A stretch of 38,556 nt of DNA. Origin: Clostridia bacterium. Lineage in GTDB: Bacteria > Bacillota > Clostridia > HGM11514. Below, in pieces: positions 1-8,178 of the stretch. The notes under the pieces are model-generated. The model had not been told where the DNA came from, made no database searches, and saw only the letters and a program-made list of their open reading frames with translations. The position numbers were made by a program, and so were the translations under genes. Each line of letters starts with the position of its first letter. Positions within the stretch are counted from its first letter, which is position 1. The stretch spans positions 1-38,556 of the forward strand of contig JAXEOR010000156.1 in the NCBI GenBank assembly GCA_034117945.1, written 5' to 3'.

Positions 1-185
1 GCCGGCAGGCGGGGTTGGGAGAATTTTATATTACAACAGGCAGCTTATATCTTTGCTCCGCTGTTTTTGTGGCTCTTGGTCTGCCGGAGGAGGATCCCTT
101 CTGGAGCGGGGAGGATAAAAAATGGACTAATCTTGCGGTATTTGGCGGACAGGATCTGCCTTGGGATCATTTTATAGAGGATTAA
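1..185 (+). CDS. 3' end of a CDS that starts upstream of the window; possibly the C-terminus of a DUF2264-like protein
   Basis: The frame is open from position 3 to TAA at 183-185 and reads ...GEFYITTGSLYLCSAVFVALGLPEEDPFWSGEDKKWTNLAVFGGQDLPWDHFIED*. The family assignment is from memory of similar C-termini only. Confidence 0.4.
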   Translation, partial: RQAGLGEFYITTGSLYLCSAVFVALGLPEEDPFWSGEDKKWTNLAVFGGQDLPWDHFIED

Positions 186-203
186 GGGGAAGGAAACAAA
201 TCT

Positions 204-722
204 ATGCGGTTATTTTATGCAATCGGTTTGACAGAACAGATCAGAAGCAGCTTGGAGCATGTGGCATACCAGCTTGAAAAACAGGCTCATCAGGGGAATT
301 TTACCCAGCCGGAGCTGTATCATATCACACTGGCGTTTTTAGGGGAGGTTCCCAGTCCCAGAAAAGCAATTCAGGCACTGGAATCTGTAAGGGGAGAGCG
401 GTTTTTGGTATCAATAGGCGGTCTGGGAAAATTCCGGCGGCAGGGCGGAGATTTGTACTGGGCGGGAGTAAGGGTTTCTCCCGGACTGGAGCAGGTTTAC
501 TGCCAGCTATGCGGCCGGCTGAAGCAGCTGGGCTTTTCTTTAGAGGATCGACCCTTTCGGCCTCATATCACTTTGGGCAGAGAGGTTGTTCTTCCTCCCG
601 GCACAGCAAGGGTTGCACTGCCTGAGCAGAAAATGATGGTCAGCCGGATCAGCCTAATGAAGTCGGAACGGCTGAAAGGAAATTTGGTATATACGGAAAT
701 TGCGGGAAAGGAGCTTCGATGA
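204..722 (+). CDS. thpR: RNA 2',3'-cyclic phosphodiesterase (2H phosphoesterase, LigT/ThpR family)
   Basis: The 172-aa protein has two H-x-T-x motifs (YHITLAFLG and PHITLGRE) at the spacing typical of the 2H superfamily. Its stop overlaps the next start (ATGA). Confidence 0.8.
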   Translation: MRLFYAIGLTEQIRSSLEHVAYQLEKQAHQGNFTQPELYHITLAFLGEVPSPRKAIQALESVRGERFLVSIGGLGKFRRQGGDLYWAGVRVSPGLEQVYCQLCGRLKQLGFSLEDRPFRPHITLGREVVLPPGTARVALPEQKMMVSRISLMKSERLKGNLVYTEIAGKELR

Positions 723-1297
723 AAACAGTCATTCTCAACGGCTCTCCCAGAAAGCAGGGAGAAACCTCTGTCATTGTGTCCGCTCTTTGTGAGCGGCTGC
801 AGGGAGAAGTGATTCAAATTAATACCTATACCGCCCGGGTTTCTCCTTGTGTGGATTGCCGTTATTGCTGGAGCCATGCCGCCTGCGCCATTGAGGACGA
901 TATGCAGAACATATACCGGCAGCTTGACCGGGCGGATAATATTGTTCTTGCCTCTCCGGTCTATTTCGGAGAACTGACCGGCTCTTTATTAAATTTTGCA
1001 AGCCGGCTCCAGTTTTTCTGGACGGCAGAGAAATTCAGAAAGCAGCCCTTTTTACAGAATAAAATCAGAAAAGGCGCTGTTATTTTGGTGGGCGGAGGAG
1101 AGGACTGCCCGGAGCAGGCTCTTGCCATGGGAAGGCGCCTTCTGGGGATCATGGGGGCGGAGGTTTGGCAGGAAATTTGCTATTTTGGAACCGACCGAAA
1201 GGAAAGAGAAGATCCGCTGAAGGATCCGGCGCTTTTGGAAGCGGTACAGGAGCTTGCGGATCGGTTTGCAGTGAACGCACCTATAAAAAGGCCTTAG
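719..1297 (+). CDS. Flavodoxin-like fold NAD(P)H-dependent FMN reductase / iron-sulfur flavoprotein family
   Basis: The N-terminus MKTVILNGSPRKQGETS is typical of the family. There is also a Cys cluster, CVDCRYCW. The gene is translationally coupled to thpR. Confidence 0.7.
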   Translation: MKTVILNGSPRKQGETSVIVSALCERLQGEVIQINTYTARVSPCVDCRYCWSHAACAIEDDMQNIYRQLDRADNIVLASPVYFGELTGSLLNFASRLQFFWTAEKFRKQPFLQNKIRKGAVILVGGGEDCPEQALAMGRRLLGIMGAEVWQEICYFGTDRKEREDPLKDPALLEAVQELADRFAVNAPIKRP

Positions 1298-1310
1298 GAA
1301 GGGGGATTTT

Positions 1311-2693
1311 ATGTCATCTGTCAAACAAGCCCTGGAGCAGTACGCAAAGCAAAATAATATTCCGATGCACATGCCCGGTCACAAGAGGAATCCGACTGCG
1401 GCGCCCTATTTAAACAGCTTATCTGAGCAGATGGATGTGACGGAAATTGAGGGAATGGATGATTTGCACGCCCCCGCAGGCATCTTAAAGCAGGCCATGG
1501 ATCGGGCGGCAAGGGCATGGGGCAGTGACCGCTCCTTCTTTTTGGTCAATGGCAGCACCTGCGGCATTTTGGCGGGAATTCGCGCCTTAACTCACCGGGG
1601 AGACCGGGTTTTGGTGATGCGAAATTCTCACAAATCCGTATTTCATGCCATAGAGCTGTGTGGGCTGCAGCCCGTTTTTATGCTGCCGCCTGTGATGCAG
1701 GAAACAGGCATTTTCGGCTCTCTTTCTCCCGAAATGGCAGAAGAGGCACTGGAGCGGGAGCAGGGCATAAGTCTGGTGATCCTTACAAGCCCCACCTATG
1801 AAGGCGTGATTTCCGATGTGAAGGAAATTTGCAGGCTTGCCCACCGCAGGAACATTCCTGTTCTGGTGGATGAAGCCCACGGTGCTCATCTGGGATTTCA
1901 TCCGGCCTTTCCGGGAGGAGCGGTGCAGGCCGGGGCGGACATTATCGTTCAAAGCTTGCATAAAACGCTGCCCTCCCTGACCCAAACGGCCATTTTGCAT
2001 GTGAAAGGCAGCCGGGTGGATCAAAAACGGCTGGAGCACCAGCTGGCGGTGTTTGAAACCAGCAGCCCGTCCTATTTGCTACTGGCCTCTATGGATGGCT
2101 GCGTTCAGACCCTGTGTCGGGAAAACTTTCAAAAATGGGCGGATTGTCTCACCGCTTTTCAAAAGGAAACGTCTGCTCTGCGGTGTTTGAAAATCATGGG
2201 GCAAACAAAGGAAATGTTTTATCACGATCCCGGCAAAGTTGTGATTTCCACAGCGGATACCGATTTGACCGGGGAGGTTCTTGCCGGGGAGCTGCGGAAA
2301 AGAAGGATTGAGCCGGAACTGGCCGCCCCCGCCTATGTGCTGGCTATGACCGGAATGGGGGATACGCCGAAAACCATGCACCGTCTGGCCTCTGCTCTTT
2401 TGGACATTGACCGGAGCTGTTCTCCGGCCTTCCTGCCCCGACCTTCTCTTTGCCCCTCCTGTCCGGAACTGGCGCTGCTGCCTGAGAGGGCAATGGAGCA
2501 GGAATTTGAGTTGATCCCACTCGGGGCGGCGGCGGGCAGAATCAGCGCAGAGTATGTTTGGGCATATCCGCCGGGGGTTCCGCTGATCATTCCCGGAGAG
2601 CGGATTCCCAAGCACCTCTCCTTTGGGCAGGCCTCTCTTCATAGCACCAGAGGCTGTTTTCCCGATACGCTGGCGGTTGTTTCCGAAAAATAG
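1311..2693 (+). CDS. PLP-dependent Orn/Lys/Arg decarboxylase-family enzyme (fold type I)
   Basis: The N-terminal MPGHKRN motif and the SLHKT PLP-lysine motif are present. The size (460 aa) fits YaaO/SpeA-like decarboxylases. Confidence 0.75.
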   Translation: MSSVKQALEQYAKQNNIPMHMPGHKRNPTAAPYLNSLSEQMDVTEIEGMDDLHAPAGILKQAMDRAARAWGSDRSFFLVNGSTCGILAGIRALTHRGDRVLVMRNSHKSVFHAIELCGLQPVFMLPPVMQETGIFGSLSPEMAEEALEREQGISLVILTSPTYEGVISDVKEICRLAHRRNIPVLVDEAHGAHLGFHPAFPGGAVQAGADIIVQSLHKTLPSLTQTAILHVKGSRVDQKRLEHQLAVFETSSPSYLLLASMDGCVQTLCRENFQKWADCLTAFQKETSALRCLKIMGQTKEMFYHDPGKVVISTADTDLTGEVLAGELRKRRIEPELAAPAYVLAMTGMGDTPKTMHRLASALLDIDRSCSPAFLPRPSLCPSCPELALLPERAMEQEFELIPLGAAAGRISAEYVWAYPPGVPLIIPGERIPKHLSFGQASLHSTRGCFPDTLAVVSEK

Positions 2694-2723
2694 AGGAATC
2701 CCTGAAAATTTAGTCTGCCGCCC

Positions 2724-2752
2724 TTGACACCGAGGAAAAACTGTGATATACT
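2724..2752 (+). promoter_or_regulatory. Sigma-A-type promoter for the SCIFF peptide gene
   Basis: TTGACA (2724-2729), a 17-nt spacer, then an extended -10 TGATATACT (TATACT at 2747-2752). Confidence 0.6.
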
Positions 2753-2788
2753 ACTAATAACAAAATGAGCAAAAAAGGAGTTTATATT

Positions 2789-2932
2789 ATGAAAAGAATT
2801 ACCACTCTTCAGACCCGTGATCTGAACAAATCTTTAAAAACCGGCGGCTGCGGCGAGTGCCAGACCTCTTGTCAGTCTGCTTGCAAAACCTCCTGCGGTG
2901 TGGCAAACCAGCCCTGCGAAAACAATAAATAA
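2789..2932 (+). CDS. SCIFF (six-cysteine) ranthipeptide precursor peptide, 47 aa; not in the supplied ORF track
   Basis: Hand translation gives MKRITTLQTRDLNKSLKTGGCGECQTSCQSACKTSCGVANQPCENNK*, with exactly six Cys in the C-terminal half. An AAAGGAG RBS lies 8 nt upstream. The gene sits immediately upstream of a radical SAM/SPASM maturase. Confidence 0.9.
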   Translation: MKRITTLQTRDLNKSLKTGGCGECQTSCQSACKTSCGVANQPCENNK

Positions 2933-2950
2933 GAAAAAATAAAGAGAGCA

Positions 2951-2984
2951 CGGTCTCATAATGTTGATTATGAGACCGTTTTCC
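2951..2984 (+). terminator. Intrinsic terminator/attenuator hairpin between the SCIFF peptide and its maturase
   Basis: Perfect 10-bp stem CGGTCTCATA (2951-2960) / TATGAGACCG (2969-2978) followed by TTTT. Confidence 0.7.
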
Positions 2985-2996
2985 ATGTAAAGAGGG

Positions 2997-4379
2997 ATGA
3001 GGATGATTCATCAATATCAAATAGACGGTACCTATGTGGTTTTGGATGTGTTCAGCGGTTCGGTTCATGTGGTAGATGAACTGGCTTATGACCTGATCGG
3101 TATGTATGAAACCTCTTCTAAGGAGGAAATGGTGTCGGCGATGCTGCAAAAATATGGCTGCCGGCCGGATGTGACCCAACAGGAAATTTTAGAATGTATC
3201 GAGGATATTGAAGGCTTAAAGCAGGAAGGAAAGCTGTTTACCGAGGATGCCTATGAGAAGGTTGCAAAAAGCTACCGGATGGAGCAACGGGCGGTGAAGG
3301 CCCTTTGCCTTCATGTGGCTCATGTTTGCAATCTGAACTGCTCCTATTGCTTTGCGGGGCAGGGTGCCTATCGGGGAAAATGCGGCCTGATGAGCCTGGA
3401 GACCGGGAAAAAGGCTTTAGACTTTTTGATTGCTCATTCCGGCGGGCATGTGAATCTTGACGTTGATTTTTTCGGTGGGGAACCCCTGATGAACTGGGAG
3501 GTGGTTAAGGCGCTGGTGGCCTACGGCCGTGAGCTGGAAAAAGCGCATCACAAAAAGATTCGGTTTACCTTAACCACTAACGGTATGCTGCTGGATGATG
3601 AGGTAACGGAATTTTGCAATCGGGAAATGCACAATGTGGTGCTTAGTCTGGACGGGCGCAGGGAGGTTCATGACCGTTTCCGCAAGGATTATCAGGGCAA
3701 GGGCAGCTATGATACCGTGGTTCCAAAGTTTCAGCACTTTGTGTCCAAAAGGGGAGACAAAAGCTATTACATCCGGGGCACCTATACCCATTATAATACG
3801 GATTTTCTACAGGATATTCTGCATATGGCTGATTTGGGCTTTACAGAGCTGAGTATGGAGCCGGTGGTGTGCGATCCCTCCGATCCTTGTGCCCTAACCG
3901 AGCAGGATCTTCCTGTGCTGAAGGAGCAGTATGAGGAGCTGGCCAGGGAAATGATCCGCCGGAATCGGCAGGGAAGGGGTTTCACCTTTTATCACTATAT
4001 GCTGAGCCTGACCGGAGGCCCCTGCATTTATAAGCGGGTGGCCGGCTGCGGCTCCGGCACGGAGTATCTGGCGGTTACGCCGGAGGGAGATTTGTATCCC
4101 TGTCATCAGTTTGTGGGAATACCGGACTATTGTATGGGAAATCTGGAGCAGGGAATTACCAACATAGATCTTCGGAATCAGTTTGCTGCCTGCAATATCT
4201 ATACCCGGCCGGACTGTGCCGATTGCTGGGCGAAGCTGTACTGCGCAGGAGGTTGCGCCGCCAATGCTTATCATGCCTCCGGCTCCATTCGAGGAACCTA
4301 TCCCTATGGCTGTGAGCTGTTTCGCAAACGGATCGAATGTGCCCTGTGGGTGAAAATTGCGGAGCAATGTGGGAACTAA
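2997..4379 (+). CDS. Radical SAM/SPASM thioether-forming SCIFF peptide maturase
   Basis: It carries the CNLNCSYC (CxxxCxxC) radical SAM motif and a C-terminal Cys-rich SPASM region (CADCWAKLYCAGGCAANA). It is adjacent to the SCIFF precursor. The true start may be ATG 3003 (MIHQYQ...). Confidence 0.9.
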   Translation: MRMIHQYQIDGTYVVLDVFSGSVHVVDELAYDLIGMYETSSKEEMVSAMLQKYGCRPDVTQQEILECIEDIEGLKQEGKLFTEDAYEKVAKSYRMEQRAVKALCLHVAHVCNLNCSYCFAGQGAYRGKCGLMSLETGKKALDFLIAHSGGHVNLDVDFFGGEPLMNWEVVKALVAYGRELEKAHHKKIRFTLTTNGMLLDDEVTEFCNREMHNVVLSLDGRREVHDRFRKDYQGKGSYDTVVPKFQHFVSKRGDKSYYIRGTYTHYNTDFLQDILHMADLGFTELSMEPVVCDPSDPCALTEQDLPVLKEQYEELAREMIRRNRQGRGFTFYHYMLSLTGGPCIYKRVAGCGSGTEYLAVTPEGDLYPCHQFVGIPDYCMGNLEQGITNIDLRNQFAACNIYTRPDCADCWAKLYCAGGCAANAYHASGSIRGTYPYGCELFRKRIECALWVKIAEQCGN

Positions 4380-4419
4380 AATGAGTTTGTTTCTATGATC
4401 AAAAAATAAAAATCAAAAA

Positions 4420-4454
4420 CGGTGTGCCCCATACAAAGGGCTGCACCGTTTTTT
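4420..4454 (+). terminator. Imperfect intrinsic terminator after the maturase gene
   Basis: CGGTGTGCCCC...GGGCTGCACCG stem (with G-U pairs and one mismatch) followed by TTTTTT (4449-4454). Confidence 0.55.
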
Positions 4455-4502
4455 GTGTGGTTATGATGGCCTTATCCGGCTTTATCAAATGGCAATCTAT
4501 TT

Positions 4503-4691
4503 TTATTTTACCTCACAGTTATTGATTCCATAATCTAATAGAATATTGATCAGTTCGTTTCTGGAACGATTGGTTTGCTTCGCAAGAACATCAAGGCTAT
4601 TTACGGTTTCATCCTTGATTCGTATGGAAAAGGTTTTATAACCATCCTCACCCTTTAAAGGTTTTTTCTTTATGATGAGTTTGTCTTTCAT
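4503..4691 (-). CDS. Ribbon-helix-helix (CopG/Arc/MetJ-like) DNA-binding protein
   Basis: The 62-aa protein contains KTFSIRIKDETVNSLDVLAKQTNRSRNELINILLDYG, which fits a beta-strand/helix/helix RHH pattern. It is divergent from a promoter rich in repeats. Confidence 0.6.
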   Translation of the reverse strand: MKDKLIIKKKPLKGEDGYKTFSIRIKDETVNSLDVLAKQTNRSRNELINILLDYGINNCEVK

Positions 4692-4719
4692 GAAAAATCA
4701 CCTCTCCAAAAATTATACC

Positions 4720-4758
4720 TTGACAAATGTTATAAAAATATGTTATAATTTATAACAT
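4720..4758 (+). promoter_or_regulatory. Sigma-A promoter with embedded operator-like repeats for the 4781-5509 operon
   Basis: TTGACA (4720-4725), an 18-nt spacer, then an extended -10 TGTTATAAT (TATAAT at 4744-4749). ATGTTATAA occurs at 4727-4735 and 4740-4748, with an inverted copy TTATAACAT at 4750-4758. Confidence 0.6.
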
Positions 4759-4780
4759 AAGATCGAAAGGAGGAATTGCA

Positions 4781-5053
4781 TTGAAGAAAAATTCGCTTTT
4801 TGGCAAAATACTATTGCTTATGATCCTATCGTTTATTTGTATCGCCATAACAGGATTTGTTTCCTTGCTGGCAGGTGCTTCCGGTGCGGAACTGTTTGAT
4901 TTTCAAAATTTGAATTTATCGAACATGATACCGGTTTTTATCGTCGGCGGCATTATCAGCTGCTTTATTATCAGTATCGCTGTATTGTTTGTATGCAGAA
5001 CTGTATTCCTGAAGGTGAAGGATTACTTTTCTGAAACAGATAAAAATAATTAG
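4781..5053 (+). CDS. Small membrane protein (two predicted TM helices), unknown function
   Basis: TTG start preceded by AAAGGAGG (4767-4774). There are two long hydrophobic segments. Confidence 0.55.
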   Translation: MKKNSLFGKILLLMILSFICIAITGFVSLLAGASGAELFDFQNLNLSNMIPVFIVGGIISCFIISIAVLFVCRTVFLKVKDYFSETDKNN

Positions 5054-5068
5054 AGGGGGAAATAGAAA

Positions 5069-5509
5069 ATGAATTGTACAAATCATTCTGAAGTAGAAGC
5101 ACAAGGGATGTGTGCGTATTGCGGTAAGCCGTTTTGTAAGGATTGCCTTGTTGAGGTAAAGGGCAGAATGTACTGTAAGGAAGATCTGGGCAATGTGTTG
5201 GATGACGCAAAGCAGTCTTCAAACTCACAGCCTACCATTCAGATTACCAACACAAATGACAATGTAAACACGAATGCAAATATGAGCGGTTTGATGTTAG
5301 GACCGAGAAAGAGCAAAACCGTTGCTTTAATTTTATGTTTGCTGGGCTTTGTTGGCTTGGGCGGTATTCATAGAATGTATGTCGGCAAAGTCGGCAGCGG
5401 TGTGATCTACTTTTTAACCGGAGGCTTGTGCGGTATTGGAACTATCATAGATTTGATTTCCATATTAAGCGGTGGCTTCAGAGATAGTTATGGTCAACCG
5501 TTGTTATAA
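5069..5509 (+). CDS. Zinc-ribbon / TM2-domain membrane protein
   Basis: The N-terminus CTNH...[12 protein letters not shown]...YCKED is a Cys/His zinc-binding module. The C-terminus [50 protein letters not shown] matches the TM2 domain pattern. Confidence 0.65.
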   Translation: MNCTNHSEVEAQGMCAYCGKPFCKDCLVEVKGRMYCKEDLGNVLDDAKQSSNSQPTIQITNTNDNVNTNANMSGLMLGPRKSKTVALILCLLGFVGLGGIHRMYVGKVGSGVIYFLTGGLCGIGTIIDLISILSGGFRDSYGQPLL

Positions 5510-5545
5510 TATTCGTTCAAAAGTAAATATGGTTAAAAAACACTA

Positions 5546-5589
5546 CCCCCCTCAAGAAAATTTGTGTTTTCTCGAGAGGGGGGATTTTT
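5546..5589 (+). terminator. Intrinsic terminator of the 4781-5509 operon
   Basis: CCCCCCTC (5546-5553) pairs with GAGGGGGG (5576-5583). An inner AGAAAA/TTTTCT pairing adds to the stem. A T-run follows at 5585-5589. Confidence 0.65.
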
Positions 5590-5642
5590 CTATACAAAGG
5601 GTCGCACCGTTTTTTAGGCTTTAAGAAATAAACAGGGAGCAT

Positions 5643-5906
5643 TTAAGAACTGCTCAGCATTTTTTTGATTCTATGGTAAAAGTAATCGCATGCAGAATCC
5701 TCGTTATCAAAAATGATTTCTTCATAAATATGACCCCGTTCGGTGTAATAAACATGCCACATCCCTTCCTGCTGATTGAGCACAAAGCAATCGTCCGGAT
5801 CTGATTTTTGAAGGCAATAGCAATTTTCCGGAATTTTTTCGTTTTTTAGTCGATGATACAGTTCATTTTTCTTCATGCTCCGGGTTTCTTTCTGATCCGG
5901 GATCAT
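5643..5906 (-). CDS. Small hypothetical cytoplasmic protein (87 aa), possibly immunity-protein-like
   Basis: Intact ORF with no recognisable catalytic motif. The sequence W-H-V-Y-Y-T-E-R-G and the small acidic character resemble orphan immunity proteins. This is a weak call. Confidence 0.4.
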   Translation of the reverse strand: MIPDQKETRSMKKNELYHRLKNEKIPENCYCLQKSDPDDCFVLNQQEGMWHVYYTERGHIYEEIIFDNEDSACDYFYHRIKKMLSSS

Positions 5907-5989
5907 AGGCTGGGTGCTCCCAAAAAGGGACGATTTATGTGTTTGCCTGACAACCCAAGCAGCCCTCTTTGGTCACGTCAAAAAACTGA

Positions 5990-6187
5990 TTAGAATGATT
6001 GATTTTTTGTTTTTGCAATGTTAAGCAGTGCTTTCCAGCGATTTTGGTAAAAGGGCAGGGCGAGATCGTCTGACAAGGCTTCTGTCAGATCATATTCCTT
6101 GTAAAGCTCCAAAAAGGAAAGTAATAATTGAAAGGCCTCGATATCGGTAAGTGTATCTTTTTTGGCATTTGTCCCGTGTGGTTGACC
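5990..6187 (-). other. Start-less 66-codon open frame continuing in frame after the TAG-TGA stop pair of the upstream gene
   Basis: It is in the same frame as 6191-6577. Translation is GQPHGTNAKKDTLTDIEAFQLLLSFLELYKEYDLTEALSDDLALPFYQNRWKALLNIAKTKNQSF*. There is no ATG or GTG start, only one internal TTG. Confidence 0.35.
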
Positions 6188-6190
6188 TCA

Positions 6191-6577
6191 CTACACACTG
6201 GACGTTACTTCGTTGGTTATTTCAAATTCAGATCCAAGCTCATTTTTTAATTGATCATAAACCAAATTTGCTCGATGAACAAAATCAATTTTGTGTTCCT
6301 CTGTCCAAGGGGATGGATTTTGGGGACAAGCCCAATCTAAATAAGTACCGTATTCCCTTTCTAAAGCATCAATTTTCTTTACTAAGCTTCTGGAAATCGG
6401 TAATTTTTTGCTTTCAATTGGGTATCCAAATTTCTCCTGCGCTTTATCATTCATTCCCCAAAGGCAGGGACCGCAATGCTCAAACCAAAAACGAAACTGA
6501 TAACAACTCATTCTTTTTTCCACCTTGATCAATTGTTTTTGTAATTTTTCCTCTTCCTCTCTTTTATCATACCACAT
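6191..6577 (-). CDS. Hypothetical protein (128 aa)
   Basis: Intact ORF ending in the tandem stops TAG (6191-6193) and TGA (6188-6190). No family recognised. Confidence 0.45.
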   Translation of the reverse strand: MWYDKREEEEKLQKQLIKVEKRMSCYQFRFWFEHCGPCLWGMNDKAQEKFGYPIESKKLPISRSLVKKIDALEREYGTYLDWACPQNPSPWTEEHKIDFVHRANLVYDQLKNELGSEFEITNEVTSSV

Positions 6578-6732
6578 AATGGAATATTTGTCTACAGAAA
6601 AATTTTGATGACAGCCGGGGGAGCCATGTTCTAATGCAGCTTTTTGGAATTCCGAAAAAGTTTCGTGGTGTTTTGGATTGCATTTTTGGTTTTCTCATGA
6701 TATGATAAAGATAATAACAATTAGGAAAGGAC

Positions 6733-8055
6733 GTGGACAGGGTAATGGAAATTTTAAATTTTGATTTATCAAAAAAAATCGGAGCATTTAAAATTCTGAA
6801 TGCCACAAACGGCGGTCCCTGGCACAAGCGATATGCCAACGACCAATGGAGAAGTAATTTTGAAGCATACAAGGCGGCCAGAATCCCCTATTCAAGAAAT
6901 CATGATTCCAATCTGTGCAGTACCTACGGCGGCCCCTATGCGTATGATATCACGGCCACCTTTCCCAATTTTGAGGCAGATGAAACAGATCCCACATCCT
7001 ACGATTTTGCCTGCACGGACGAATCTATTTTAACAACACTTGATGCCGGAACCGAAACCTTTTTCAGATTGGGTCAGTCTATTGAGCATCAAATCAAAAA
7101 GCACGGCACGCTGCCTCCCAAGAATTTTAAAAAGTGGGCGGTGATCTGCGAGCATGTGATCCGGCATTATAACGAGGGCTGGGCTGACGGCTTTCATTTG
7201 AACATGGAATATTGGGAAATTTGGAACGAGCCCGATTTAGACAGTGATGATAGCGAAAACAAGCGCACCTGGGGTGGGACAAAGGTACAGTTTTTTGACT
7301 TGTATGAGGTGACTGCAAAGCATTTAAAATCCTGTTTTCCCCATTTGAAGATAGGCGGGCCTGCCCTTGCCGGGAACGAGGAATGGGCGGCGGAATTTTT
7401 AAGCGAAATGAATGCAAGAGAGGTTCCGATTGATTTTTTCTCCTGGCATATTTACTGCGTTGAACCAAAGCAGCTGGTGGAAAAGGCAGAGAGAATCAAA
7501 GAAATGCTGATCGCAAACGGATACGAAAAAGCAGAAAGTATTTTGAACGAATGGAATTATGTGAGCGGGTGGAAGGAAACCTTTGTAGATTCCATCCAAA
7601 CCATCCATGGTATGAAGGGGGCCGCTTTTACAATGGCGTGTATGTCGGCGGCACAGCGCTCCTCCATTGATCTGCTGATGTATTACGACACGCGCCCTTC
7701 TGCCTTTTGTGGCGCCTTTGATTTCTATACCTATGAGCCTTTGAAGGGGTATTACCCGCTGATGTGGTACGGCATGTTTTATGATATGGAGGCCGAGATC
7801 GCTTGCGAGACGGAGGCAGAGGATATATACACCCTTTGCGGCTGCGATCAAAAGGGCAAAATCCTTTCGGTGATCACCTATTACACCGATCAGGCCGCCG
7901 CTCCGGCAAAGGAGATTGCAATCAACTTCGGCCGGCCGGGCAGCTATCAACTTTATCTGCTGGACGGGGAGCATAACGCAGACCTCATGGGAGAAACCAC
8001 AGATCTAACTCTGACGATGCATCCTAATACCTGCCTTATGATTAAAGAACTGTAA
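6733..8055 (+). CDS. Cytoplasmic clan GH-A glycoside hydrolase (GH39-like)
   Basis: WEIWNEPD is the acid/base NEP motif typical of (beta/alpha)8 clan GH-A enzymes. There is no signal peptide. The start may be ATG 6745. Confidence 0.6.
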   Translation: MDRVMEILNFDLSKKIGAFKILNATNGGPWHKRYANDQWRSNFEAYKAARIPYSRNHDSNLCSTYGGPYAYDITATFPNFEADETDPTSYDFACTDESILTTLDAGTETFFRLGQSIEHQIKKHGTLPPKNFKKWAVICEHVIRHYNEGWADGFHLNMEYWEIWNEPDLDSDDSENKRTWGGTKVQFFDLYEVTAKHLKSCFPHLKIGGPALAGNEEWAAEFLSEMNAREVPIDFFSWHIYCVEPKQLVEKAERIKEMLIANGYEKAESILNEWNYVSGWKETFVDSIQTIHGMKGAAFTMACMSAAQRSSIDLLMYYDTRPSAFCGAFDFYTYEPLKGYYPLMWYGMFYDMEAEIACETEAEDIYTLCGCDQKGKILSVITYYTDQAAAPAKEIAINFGRPGSYQLYLLDGEHNADLMGETTDLTLTMHPNTCLMIKEL

Positions 8056-8060
8056 TTAAA

Positions 8061-8096
8061 AGCCGAGCTTCTGACCAAAGTAAGCTCGGCTTTTTG
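8061..8096 (+). terminator. Intrinsic terminator after the glycoside hydrolase gene
   Basis: AGCCGAGCTT (8061-8070) / AAGCTCGGCT (8082-8091) stem followed by TTTTT. Confidence 0.75.
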
Positions 8097-8178
8097 ATAT
8101 CCGGCAGCGAAAAGTCAGAACTGCCGTCCTTTGACTGTGTTTGGATGAATTGTATCGCAAGGAGTCTTACAGGAATTT

